Positions 42,425-51,774 are shown, counted from the stretch's first letter. The stretch is DNA of 64,000 nt from Vicinamibacteria bacterium (GCA_963668695.2 CAXXLQ010000004.1:2080001-2144000), one strand, 5' to 3'. Numbers and translations are program-made. The notes: generated by a model not told the origin, from the letters alone.

Positions 42425-42928
42425 TTACTTCGCCGAGCACTTGATGTAGTTGCTTCTGTTGTTGTCGTCGTTGGCTGCGGCGCTGTCGAGGTCAGCGGCG
42501 TTCGGCAAAGCGTTGCGGCCCTGCGTCATTCCGCCATCGGCATCCCACTCACAGGTGACCGTGATGGCCCGGGTCGTGGAGCAACCGAAGGTGCCGTCCG
42601 CGAACAAGATCTCGATGTCGTTCTCCCAGGTCGCGTCGCACTCGGAGCCGTCAGCGTCGTCGCCGCCGTCGTCCTCGCTGCAACCGCGGAAGTCGTCAGC
42701 ACCCGCCAGGCCCGTCGGATAGTTATCCGCCTTGCCGTCAGGATTCAACGCCGTCCTGCCCGTTTGCTCCGTCGCTTCGGCGCCTTCGCATCCAGTATCA
42801 ATACCGGCGGCGTTTGTCGCCACCCAATCGACGCCCGAGGCGCACGCCTCGAGCACAATCGTGGTCTCGTTGTCGGCGGTCCTGGCGTTGTCCAAGTCGC
42901 TGATCATGTCGACCTTGCCGAGGTCGCC
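42425..42928 (-). pseudogene. Cassette C: orphan 3' part of the surface lipoprotein
   Basis: Begins at GDLGKVD; contains PDGKADN, CDA.W, LFADG.FGC.T.R, CEWDADG and ends IKCSAK*; no signal peptide. Confidence 0.8.
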
Positions 42929-43051
42929 CGCCATCCTGAAGGCCGGCGTTCCTTGGCTGCGCGCATTCTGTCCCGCGGGGGGACGTGCCGAGAGGGGCGC
43001 CATCCAGGAACAGGGCGGTACGCGGTTTTGCGGCGGTCACGACCCGCGTAC

Positions 43052-43088
43052 AAAGGAAGAACCCCGGGGCCGGCTGGCCCCGGGGTTC
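43052..43088 (-). terminator. Terminator after cassette B
   Basis: GAACCCCGGGGCCAGCCGGCCCCGGGGTTCTTCCTTT on the minus strand. Confidence 0.8.
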
Positions 43089-43124
43089 CGGTTGGGTTCA
43101 GCGAATCAGACGCAATGTCCAATC

Positions 43125-44995
43125 TTACTTAGCCGTGCACTTCGCGAAGCGCCCGATTCTGTCCTGCGCGAGTTGCCGCGTCCCTCATCGCTGCTCCGCA
43201 GCGCGTTGTCCTCTCACCACTCGCGTCCCACGTGCAACTGATCGTCACGCTGCGGGTCGTCGTGCAGCCGTAAAGGCCGTCCGCGAACAGAACATCGAAG
43301 GTCTCGGACCAGGAAGCGTCGCCTGTTCCGTCGGCGTCATCGCCGCCGTCGTCCTCGGTGCAGGCCCGGACATCACCCTGGGTGCTCGCGGCGGTAATGT
43401 TGTCCGCGTTGCCGTCCGGGTTCCCAGGCGTCGTCGTCTCGTCCGCGCCGGTTGCCAGGTTGTCGCGGTCGCTGACCAGATCAACCTTGCCGAAGTCGCC
43501 GCGCATCAGGTCGCCGTCCTTATCGAGCACGGACTGCCAGATCACCGTGACGTTGTCCGTCGGGCCGTCCACTGCGTCCTCGCTCTCGTCGTAGAGGTCG
43601 TTCAGCATTCCCCGGCCGTAGGTGAACGCAGGCGTCCCCTTCTTCGGGAGCTTGCCGTCCAGGTTGTCGTCAAACCACAGGGTCTTGAAGCGGTAGGACG
43701 AAGCGCTGCGCGCACCGGCCCGCCACTCTGTCACGGCGGCTTCGTCGCCGGTACCGGTCACGATGACGCTGGCCCTTGCCGCGATCACCGCGGTCGGTCG
43801 AATCCCCGTCACCGTTGGCATCGCCAACCCAACCCGCCTCAAGGGCCTGGTCCACTTCCATCTCGAACATCGAGCACATATCCGCCTGGTCCATGGCCGC
43901 GAAGGTCATCGCGTCGCAGGTCAGATCCTCAAACGGATCCTCTTCCCACTCGACTTCACCCCAGGTCACGGTGGAGCCCATGGCGCCAAGCTCGACCGAG
44001 TAACCATCGATGTACTTCGGACTTCCAGCTACCCGGAAACACGTATCGGGCTCGTCAATTCCACGGTCTCCCGCAGTTGGACTGGAGTCCGCCATGTAGT
44101 CCGAGCAGACGAGTGCGTTGGCGTCGTCGATCACGATGGCACCCTTGTAGTCGGTGTTGTCGGTGTTGGCGTTACGGTCAGGATCGTCCGCGGGGGCGGC
44201 GTCCGGAGCACCCTTGTCCATCGCCAGGAGCGAGATCGCTGCCCTTTCCGGCGCTCCGACCCGCGACGTTGAAGTTCGTGCCGCCCTCGACACCGGAGAA
44301 CTGGTGTTCGACGGTCATCCCGACGCTGGACGACGTCAGCCAACCCACGTCGACTCCGTCGTCGTCGACGCCGGGTGGGAGCACATCGTTGTCAACCCGC
44401 CCGACCTGCAGGGTGAGGGACGGATCCCAAGCGTTGCAGACCGCCGAGTTGGCGATCGAGATCTCCGGCGCGTCCATGCCCATGGCGCACTCGAAAGGAC
44501 CGCAGGTCACGAAGGCGGCGTCCCCGATCGGGATCGCAACCTGGTTCGCCCCGATTTCAACCGCCTGGACGGCGAAGGTGACGCCGCTGGTGACCACCAT
44601 GCTCTGCATGGCGTTCCAGCTCACGTAGGTGAACGGCGAGTTCGCGCCCGGAATCAGTCCGATCGGGCTGGCGCCCTCCACGAAGGTCGCCGACACGATG
44701 GCCGGCATGTTCACCGAAACCATCATGTCGCTGTTCACCATGGCCATGGCGGTTTCCTCGTCGTCGTCCCCATCCGGGACCAGCGGGGTTTCGCCGTCCG
44801 GAATCATGAACATCACCTCGAAAGGTGTCGCCTCGGGTTCCGGCTCGGGCTCGGGCTCGGGTTCGGGTTCGGGCTCGGGTTCCGGAGTTGGCGCTGGCGG
44901 CGGCGGCGGAGCCGGAGCCGGCGTGGTGGTGGTGTCGTCATCACCGCAGCCCGAGAGCACGAGACCGGCACCCAGGAACATGGCAAGAAGGAGAA
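43125..44995 (-). pseudogene. Cassette B: near full-length paralog of lipoprotein A lacking its first ~14 codons and RBS; frameshifts
   Basis: Identity to A starts abruptly at 44995 (= A 31222); ends FAKCTAK*. Confidence 0.75.
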
Positions 44996-45176
44996 CCTTT
45001 CCGCCTCCCCCCCACGGGAATGCCACCTGACCAGCACCACGGTTTGCCCCATATATTTGGCGGCCTGTGCGAATGCGAACTCCCCGTAGAAACTCCCTTT
45101 TCCCCGAGAGTTATGCCTCGGGTGCAGATCCCCAGGTTGATCGGGAGCAGGCTTCGCGCCGACCCGTCTTGGCAAC

Positions 45177-46436
45177 GTGACAACCACGTCGCGAAAGCGC
45201 GTCGCCAGGGTCAAGCTGACCCTGACCAAGCGAACGGTCGAGGCCCTGCAGCCCGCCGAGAAGCCCTGGATCGCTTGGGACGACAAGCTGACCGGCTTCG
45301 GGGTTCGCGTCCAGCCCTCCGGCACCAAAGCCTTCGTCGTCAACTACCGGGTCGGACCGGGAGGGCGGAGAGCTCCCAACAAACGCGTCGTCATCGGCCG
45401 TTACGGCCTGGTTGCGCCCGATCAGGCGCGGCGCCTCGCGCAGGAAATCCTGGGCCGGGTCGCCGGAGGCGCCGACCCCGCGCAGGAGCGCGCGAACCGC
45501 CGCGGCATGCCGACCCTCGCCGAGGCCTTCGACGATTACCTGGCCGCGAACCCCACGAGGAAGTCCAGCACCGAGACGCTCTACCGCGGCCAGATGCGCT
45601 ACTGCCTCGGCGACTGGCTCTCACGGCCGCTCGACACGATCACCCGCCGGGACGTGGAGGCGCGCTTCCACCGGATCTCCGAACGGCACGGCTGGGCGGT
45701 GGGGAACCACGCGACCTCCCTGCTGCGGTCGGTGTACCGGAGGCCGTGCGTGGATTTCGAGGGCCTTCGCAACCCCGTCGAGCTGTGGCTCGCCGGCGGC
45801 GGGCGCTACAACCGCACGGTGCGCCGGCGCATCGGGCCCCCGGCGGAGCTGCTGCCGCGCTGGCGCGCGGGCATCGAAGCCGAGGTGCTGGTTCCGGCGA
45901 CGCGGGACATCTTCTGGCTGGGGATGTACACCGGCATGCGCCGGGGCGAGATCCTGACCCTGCGCTGGGATCGGGTGAATCTCGCGGGGCGTATCCTGCG
46001 GGTCGAGGAAACCAAGACCGGAGAGCCGCTGGAACTTCCCGTTACGCGTCAGTTGGCGGCCATCTTCGAGCGGCGGCGGGTTGATGCCGCGGGGTCGAGA
46101 TCGCGGCCCCGGGGCTGGGTGTTTCCGTCCGCGAACAGCGCGTCCGGCCACATCGAGGAGCTTCAGCATCTCTATGACCGCATCGGAGCGGCGGCGGGAA
46201 CGAAGTTCTGGTTCCACGGCTTGCGGAACGCCTTCATCACGGTGGCGGAGCGCGACCTGATGCTGCCCCGCTCGCTCACCAAACGGCTCGTCAACCACGC
46301 GAGGCGGCGCGACGTGACGGAAAGTTACGCCGCCGAGTGGACCGTGGAACAGCTTCGCGAACCCGCCCAGCGGGTCGCGGACCGGATCGACGAGCTGATC
46401 CACGCCGCCGACGACGGGTCCGCGGCGCGCGGCTGA
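45177..46436 (+). CDS. Tyrosine recombinase/integrase with N-terminal arm-binding domain
   Basis: WD..L.GFGVRV..SG.K.F arm domain; TGMRRGE (R), TKTG (K), HGLR, NH and ESY catalytic residues. Confidence 0.93.
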   Translation: MTTTSRKRVARVKLTLTKRTVEALQPAEKPWIAWDDKLTGFGVRVQPSGTKAFVVNYRVGPGGRRAPNKRVVIGRYGLVAPDQARRLAQEILGRVAGGADPAQERANRRGMPTLAEAFDDYLAANPTRKSSTETLYRGQMRYCLGDWLSRPLDTITRRDVEARFHRISERHGWAVGNHATSLLRSVYRRPCVDFEGLRNPVELWLAGGGRYNRTVRRRIGPPAELLPRWRAGIEAEVLVPATRDIFWLGMYTGMRRGEILTLRWDRVNLAGRILRVEETKTGEPLELPVTRQLAAIFERRRVDAAGSRSRPRGWVFPSANSASGHIEELQHLYDRIGAAAGTKFWFHGLRNAFITVAERDLMLPRSLTKRLVNHARRRDVTESYAAEWTVEQLREPAQRVADRIDELIHAADDGSAARG

Positions 46437-46867
46437 GCGTCCTTCGCGGGCGACCGGGCGCCGGAGGACGTTTGCCGCGAAATGGGGGCGCGAGGTTCCT
46501 GGCGGGTCAGGTCGACGCCCGCGAGCGGGACGGCGCGGGGGCGGAGGCGCACTCCCCGGCGAGCGCCGGCCGGGAATTTCGCGGCCGTTTTTCTGTTGCC
46601 ATCGTGTTGACTCGCCGGCTTTGGACGCCGACGTTACAGAAGGGCGTTACACGCGGAATTACAACGCGTTACAGTTGCCGGCACGGCAAGAAAAAGCGGC
46701 ATCCGCCGCGTCGCCGCGCCGTGCGCAGCGACGGCGGCCGGGAGGCCGGCGGTCCCTCCGGTCACTTTCCCTGGCGGCGCGGGCGGCAGGCCGGTTTGGG
46801 GCTGATCGGGCGGGCGCGGTGACCCCGGTCCACCAGCGGGCTAGCGGGGTCGGCTGGAGGGGAACTC

Positions 46868-47088
46868 CATCTCAAGCGAGATCCAGGACCGGGCCACCTG
46901 GCGACAGAACAAACTGGGCCACCCCCGCGGGCGCCAGGTGGAGGCGGGCGATGAGTCGGGGGGTCTGGACTTCCCTGCTGACGCCGGATCGAGGCGTGGG
47001 GAGCGAGGAGATGCGGACACCGGAGGATGTGTTGGAGATGCGGCAGCTCCCTGGACTCGGTTGGGGGGAAATCCGCCGTCCGGTTTGA
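46868..47088 (+). pseudogene. IS21-like left end and IstA N-terminal remnant
   Basis: Repeated GGGCCACC subterminal motifs, then MRTPEDVLEMRQL..LGWG..R, resembling IstA N-termini. Confidence 0.5.
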
Positions 47089-47201
47089 CCGGTGGCCCGC
47101 GGGTTTCGCGGCCGTGTCGGGCTGCGATGCCGGCCTGCGGGCGACGTTCCCGTGCCGGCGTGGCCCGACCAGGATTCGACCGGCGTCGACCAAGAGGCTA
47201 A

Positions 47202-47434
47202 CAGCCTGTGGTGAAACCCACGTGAGCGCCGAGGCCGGGGAGGCCCAGTTCTCCCGGTGGGGCCAGTCCTCCCGGTGGGGGCCCGGCTGACAAGGCGCGT
47301 GAGGGAGGAATACCTGGTGTATTTCGACCGAAACGCAACGATGAGCGGCGCGCAGCGACGCGGTTCAGCCGGGATGGATCGCCGGCCGAGCCCCCACCGG
47401 GAGAACTGGGCCGCGTCGGTTTTGCCACAGGCTG
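47202..47434 (+). mobile_element. MITE-like element
   Basis: CTAA|CAGCCTGTGG...CCACAGGCTG|TTAA. Confidence 0.82.
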
Positions 47435-47452
47435 TTAAAGGCGGTCCCCCAC

Positions 47453-48667
47453 TTGAAGAGCATCCACAGCAAGAGCATCCACCGCATCCGCCTGGACGGC
47501 TTCCTTTCCTTCGCTCCGGGATCCCCGGCCCTGGAACTCGGGCCGCTCAATGTGCTGATCGGGCCGAACGCATCGGGCAAGTCCAATCTCATCGAAGCCT
47601 TCGAGCTTCTCCGGTCCACACCGACCGATTTCGCAGCCGCCATCCGGGATGGGGGTGGGCCGCGCGAATGGATCTGGAAGGGCCAGCCTCGCGTAGGTTC
47701 CGCGACCATGGAAACGGTCCTGGCCAAGGAAAATCCGGCCCGGGATCCGCTGCGCCATCGGTTGGAGTTCTCGACCGTCCAGAACCGCGTCGAAGTGCTC
47801 GACGAGGCCATTGAGGAACTCGAACCCCGTCCCGGGGAAAAGGAACCGTTCTTCTACTACCGGTTCCAGCACGGCAACCCGGTAATCAACATCCGCCAGT
47901 CCGAGGGCGATGATCGGCGGGCCGAACGTCGCCTGCGGCGTGAGGACTTTCGGTCCACTCAGTCGGTGCTGGCCCAAAGGAAGGATCCGGATCTATATCC
48001 GGAGGTGACCTGGGTTGGAAACCAATTCCGCGAGATGCAGCTCTTTCGGGAATGGACGTTCGGGAGGTTTGTGGCACTGAGGACCCCGCAGCCGGCGGAT
48101 CTCCCGGGGGATCGCCTGTTGCCAAATGCAAGCAACCTCGCTCTCGTCCTGAACGAGATCGAGCATCGGGATGGGACTCACTTCAACGCGGCGTTGCGGC
48201 GCTTCTTTCCCCGGTTCAAGCGGATGACAACGCGGGTGGCAGGCGGGACGGTCCAGTTCTACCTGCATGAATCGGATATTGACTCACCGATTCCAGCCAC
48301 CCGGCTCTCCGATGGAACGATCCGGTTCATCGCGATCCTGGCCATTCTGCTCGCGCCCGATCCCCCGTCCTTCGTGTGTATCGAGGAACCGGAACTCGGG
48401 CTCCATCCGGACGCCGTTGCGCAAATGGCCGAGCTTCTGGTTGAGGCGTCGTCGCGCATGCAACTCGTGGTGACGACGCACTCGGAATCTCTTGTCTCGG
48501 CGCTCACCGAATGTCCCGATGCAGTCATCACCTGTGAGCGGCCCGGCCCCGCGACCACGCTACATCGCCTGGATCCGGGCCTGGATCCGGAGCACCTCAA
48601 GGGCTGGCTCAACGACTACAGTCTCGGCGATCTTTGGGGGATGGGCGAACTCGGGGCCAATCCGTGA
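47453..48667 (+). CDS. AAA_21/ABC-type ATPase
   Basis: GFLSF, GPNASGKSN, RLSDGT.RF, IEEPELGLHPD, TTHS. Confidence 0.9.
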   Translation: MKSIHSKSIHRIRLDGFLSFAPGSPALELGPLNVLIGPNASGKSNLIEAFELLRSTPTDFAAAIRDGGGPREWIWKGQPRVGSATMETVLAKENPARDPLRHRLEFSTVQNRVEVLDEAIEELEPRPGEKEPFFYYRFQHGNPVINIRQSEGDDRRAERRLRREDFRSTQSVLAQRKDPDLYPEVTWVGNQFREMQLFREWTFGRFVALRTPQPADLPGDRLLPNASNLALVLNEIEHRDGTHFNAALRRFFPRFKRMTTRVAGGTVQFYLHESDIDSPIPATRLSDGTIRFIAILAILLAPDPPSFVCIEEPELGLHPDAVAQMAELLVEASSRMQLVVTTHSESLVSALTECPDAVITCERPGPATTLHRLDPGLDPEHLKGWLNDYSLGDLWGMGELGANP

Positions 48668-49320
48668 GAGGAATCGCGATCTATCTGGAGGGTGGCGGGC
48701 AGCGCCGAGGAACGAGGCGGCGTCTTCGCGTCGGGATGGGCCGTTTCCTTGGGCAACTGAAGGAAAGAGCATGCAGGAAATCCATGTTCTGGAAGATCGT
48801 GGTGTGCGGAGGTCGGGACCGGGCCTTCCGCGATTGGACCAAGCAGCCACTAGATGCCCGATACCCGATTCGCATCCTGCTGGTTGATGCCGAGGGACCC
48901 GTTTCCGGTGGCGTTCGCGCCCATCTGGAGCTACGAGACTCGTGGATGATCCCGAAAGCGGAGGAAGAGAATGTCCATCTCATGGTGCAGACCATGGAAA
49001 CCTGGATCGGGAAACCTGGATCGGGAAACCTGGATCGGGAAACCTGGATCGCGGCTGATCGGCTGGCGCTCGCGGACTACTACGGCGATCGCTTCCTCGC
49101 TTCCGCACTGCCGGTAGCAGAAGACCTGGAAGCGATTCCCAAAGGCAGCATTCAGGCGGTGCTCACGAGGGCCACGAAGGCCACGCAGAAGCGGGCGTAC
49201 CACAAGACCCGTCATGCTCCCGATCTGTTGGAGAGAATTGATCCAGACTTGGTTCGGAGGCGCTGCCGGATGTGCGATCGCCTCTTCGAGGTGGTGGACG
49301 GCCTTATCCGAGCGGCCTGA
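48664..49320 (+). CDS. DUF4276-family (TOPRIM-like) protein with an in-frame 14-bp x4 repeat
   Basis: IYLEGGG, CGGR, LLVDAEGPV, LMVQ.METW, Y.K..H; coupled to the ATPase (GTGA overlap). Confidence 0.8.
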   Translation: MRGIAIYLEGGGQRRGTRRRLRVGMGRFLGQLKERACRKSMFWKIVVCGGRDRAFRDWTKQPLDARYPIRILLVDAEGPVSGGVRAHLELRDSWMIPKAEEENVHLMVQTMETWIGKPGSGNLDRETWIAADRLALADYYGDRFLASALPVAEDLEAIPKGSIQAVLTRATKATQKRAYHKTRHAPDLLERIDPDLVRRRCRMCDRLFEVVDGLIRAA

Positions 49321-49563
49321 CGCGGCCAGGAAGGCCGGCGCCCGGGAGGATCGGGGGGGCGCCTCGAAGACGGGAGAACTGGGCGGCGCCGCGCGGCCCG
49401 GAGCGCTGCGAAACCGCGTGTCGCTGACTGAGCCGAAGCGCGGGGACGGCTTGAAACGCCGACCTCTCGCGGGCAACGACCGCCCAGGGGCGGTCGAAAC
49501 CGCGTACCGCTTCCCCGCCCGCGTGGGGAAGGCTCAGGAACCCGCCGGGGTCTGGACGGAGGT

Positions 49564-49971
49564 TTACGGGACCAAACGAGTCTCGATCAAGGTTTCGACG
49601 CGAGTCATTCTCTCGGAGAGCTCGCCGATCTGCTTGTGCATGTCCGTGCGGAGATCGCCGATCTCGGTCTGCATGTCCGTGCGGAATTCGCCGATCTGTT
49701 TCTGCATGTCCAGGAGTTGACCGCTGATCGCGGTGAACCCGAGCGCGCCGGCCCCGAGCATCGCGGCGAACATGGTGACGAACATCGTGACGAGGAGCCG
49801 CTCGGTGCGGGTGAGAGGTTCCCTTGACAGTGCGCTGCGGGCGGCGAACTCCTCCCTCGGCGCACCCTTCATCAAGACTCCCTTCCCATCACTTGGGGCA
49901 GTATAGGGACGGTCCGATTCCGGCGGCAATCCGGCCCCGGTTTCGGGGTTCTCGGTGGTTCGTTCGTCCAT
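49564..49971 (-). CDS. Small TM plus coiled-coil family protein
   Basis: GGAGGA then ATG 49971; close paralog of 35767-36093; alternative start 49872 after TTGCCG-N18-TATACT. Confidence 0.8.
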   Translation of the reverse strand: MDERTTENPETGAGLPPESDRPYTAPSDGKGVLMKGAPREEFAARSALSREPLTRTERLLVTMFVTMFAAMLGAGALGFTAISGQLLDMQKQIGEFRTDMQTEIGDLRTDMHKQIGELSERMTRVETLIETRLVP

Positions 49972-49990
49972 ACGGAAGTCCTCCACTACG

Positions 49991-50043
49991 TATAGACGGA
50001 AACCGGATCTTCCCGTGCCGCGGCTCGGTGTGGAAAAGTCGCC
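49991..50043 (-). promoter_or_regulatory. Conserved upstream motif of the coiled-coil family
   Basis: GGCGACTTTTCCACA...GGGAAGA...TTTCCGTCTATA on the minus strand. Confidence 0.6.
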
Positions 50044-50252
50044 CGTAGTCCGGAGAACGGCGACTCCCGGGTTCAGGGATCACCAAACGGATGCTCGCGA
50101 GCTCGGGCGGTTCCGACCTCTTCGACATCACGCGTGAGGCGGCGCGGGAGCACCTGGGCGTGGAGATCGCGGTGACGGGCGCCCTCCTCCGGATGCCGGC
50201 GGCGCCGTCGAGAACGCGACGGGCTCGATCCTCCGGATGCCGGCGGCGGTCC

Positions 50253-51582
50253 TCAGTTCTTCGGCGGCCAGCGGTCCTTCCGGGTCTGATACGCCTGCCG
50301 GCGGCTGTTCGGACGGTCCGGGACTTTGAGTTTGAGCAGGTCCGCCTCCACAAGCGGACGGATATGGCGTGCGACCAGACTGGGCTGGTGCATGGAGACC
50401 CAGCCCGCCAGTTCGGCCGCCGTACTCCACTCCCGCAGGAGACAGATGTCCAGGATGAGGACGCGGAGCACCTCCCGGAGGGGCCGCTGGCTGAGGGCCA
50501 GGACTCGACGGTGCAGCACCTTCGGCAGGTCCGCCAGATCAGGTAGGGGCGGGCTCCGGGGGCGGAGACGGGGGCGCCGCCTTCCGAGACTCCACTGGGC
50601 GCGAGGTGGCGGGATCCGGGTCGGGCGCGGGTTCAGGGGGAAGCGGGTCTGCCGGCGGGTCTGGGGGCGCGGGCTCGGGCTGCGGTTCGGTCGGCGGGTC
50701 TGGGGGCGCGGGCTCAGGGGGAAGCGGTTCTGGCGACGGCTCCGGGGGTGCGGGCCCGGGCTGCGGTTCCGGGGGCGCTGGCTCGGGGGGCGATTCTGGG
50801 GGCGCTGGCTCGGGGGGTAGGGGTGCGGGCAACGGCTCCGGGGGTGCGGGCTCGGGCTGCGGTTCTGGGGGCGCTGGCTCGGGGGGTAGGGGTGCGGGCG
50901 ACGGCCGCGGTGCGGGCGACGGCTCCCGGGGTGCGGGTTCGGTCGGCGGTTCTGGCTGTGGCACTGGTGGTGGTTCCGGTTGTGGCACTGGCTGTGGTTC
51001 CGGCGACGGCAGCGGCCGTCGCGGCGACTCCGACTCCGCCGGCGGGGAAGGACGGGGCGGCGGGGTGTCGTCCGGGGTCTCGGCGGGCTTCGGTGGTTTC
51101 TCGGGGAGGACCGGCGCCGGCGCTTTGGGTTGAAGCAGCTTGCCGACCCCCTCCACGATGGCGAAAACCTTGTCCGCGACGCTGGCAATCGCGGCGATCG
51201 AACGGCCGAGCTGCCGGACGGCGTCAGCGCCTTCCGCGATTTTGGCCTCTGTCTCTCCTGGCTTGTTGGGCGGGTCCCGGAAGGCGGCCGCCGCTACTCG
51301 AGCGCTGGCGCCCAGCTCCACCAACATGCCGCCCAACCACGCCGCCCCCTTCGCCAGGGGTTCGCCTCGGGCCGCGACGCGCCGCAGCAGCTTGGCGGCC
51401 GGTGCGCGCTGCTTCTTGACGAAGTCCCGGGCCTGCGGGAGTCGGGAGAGGATGTGGGGGACCCAGTCCCACGCGCTCCGGAGGAGGGGACGCGGTTTGC
51501 GGATCCAGGCGCGGATGGTCTCGAGCCCCAGCGGCGGCTTTTCCGGTTTCTGAAACAGTCGGAACAGGTCGCGTTCGCTCAT
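50253..51582 (-). CDS. Protein with a helical N-terminus, long PEP-repeat linker and C-terminal winged-HTH; one frameshift near 50550
   Basis: ORF 50539-51582 plus the end of ORF 50253 (S.AELA......S.V..H.RPLV...LL....PDRPNS..Q.Y, resembling Fic-associated C-terminal HTHs). Confidence 0.55.
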
Positions 51583-51774
51583 CGCCGGAATGGGTAGCGG
51601 CCCGCGTCAGGGTGGTCCGCCAGCGCGCCAAGAGTAAGAAATTCACGTGCGTTTTTGGAGCCGAATTCGGGGTGTTTTGGGCGGAAAATGCCCCCGCGGC
51701 CCAATTTATGCGGACCGTAAATTACAGATAAAACTTACACTTGAAGTATTGGGCGCCGCGGAGGTCGGTTGGCG

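Noticed and set aside
31179-44995. Diversity-generating retroelement
   Set aside because: No reverse transcriptase in the window, and paralog differences are block-like with indels rather than adenine-specific
44996-45026. Alternative start (GTG 45026) making cassette B a normal gene
   Set aside because: No evident RBS, a poor n-region (MAFPWGGGGK) and an abrupt homology break at 44995; disfavoured but not excluded
26935-47200. tRNA-Pro-anchored island with an att duplication for the integrase
   Set aside because: I could not find a duplicated tRNA 3' end near the recombinase by eye; one could lie outside the window
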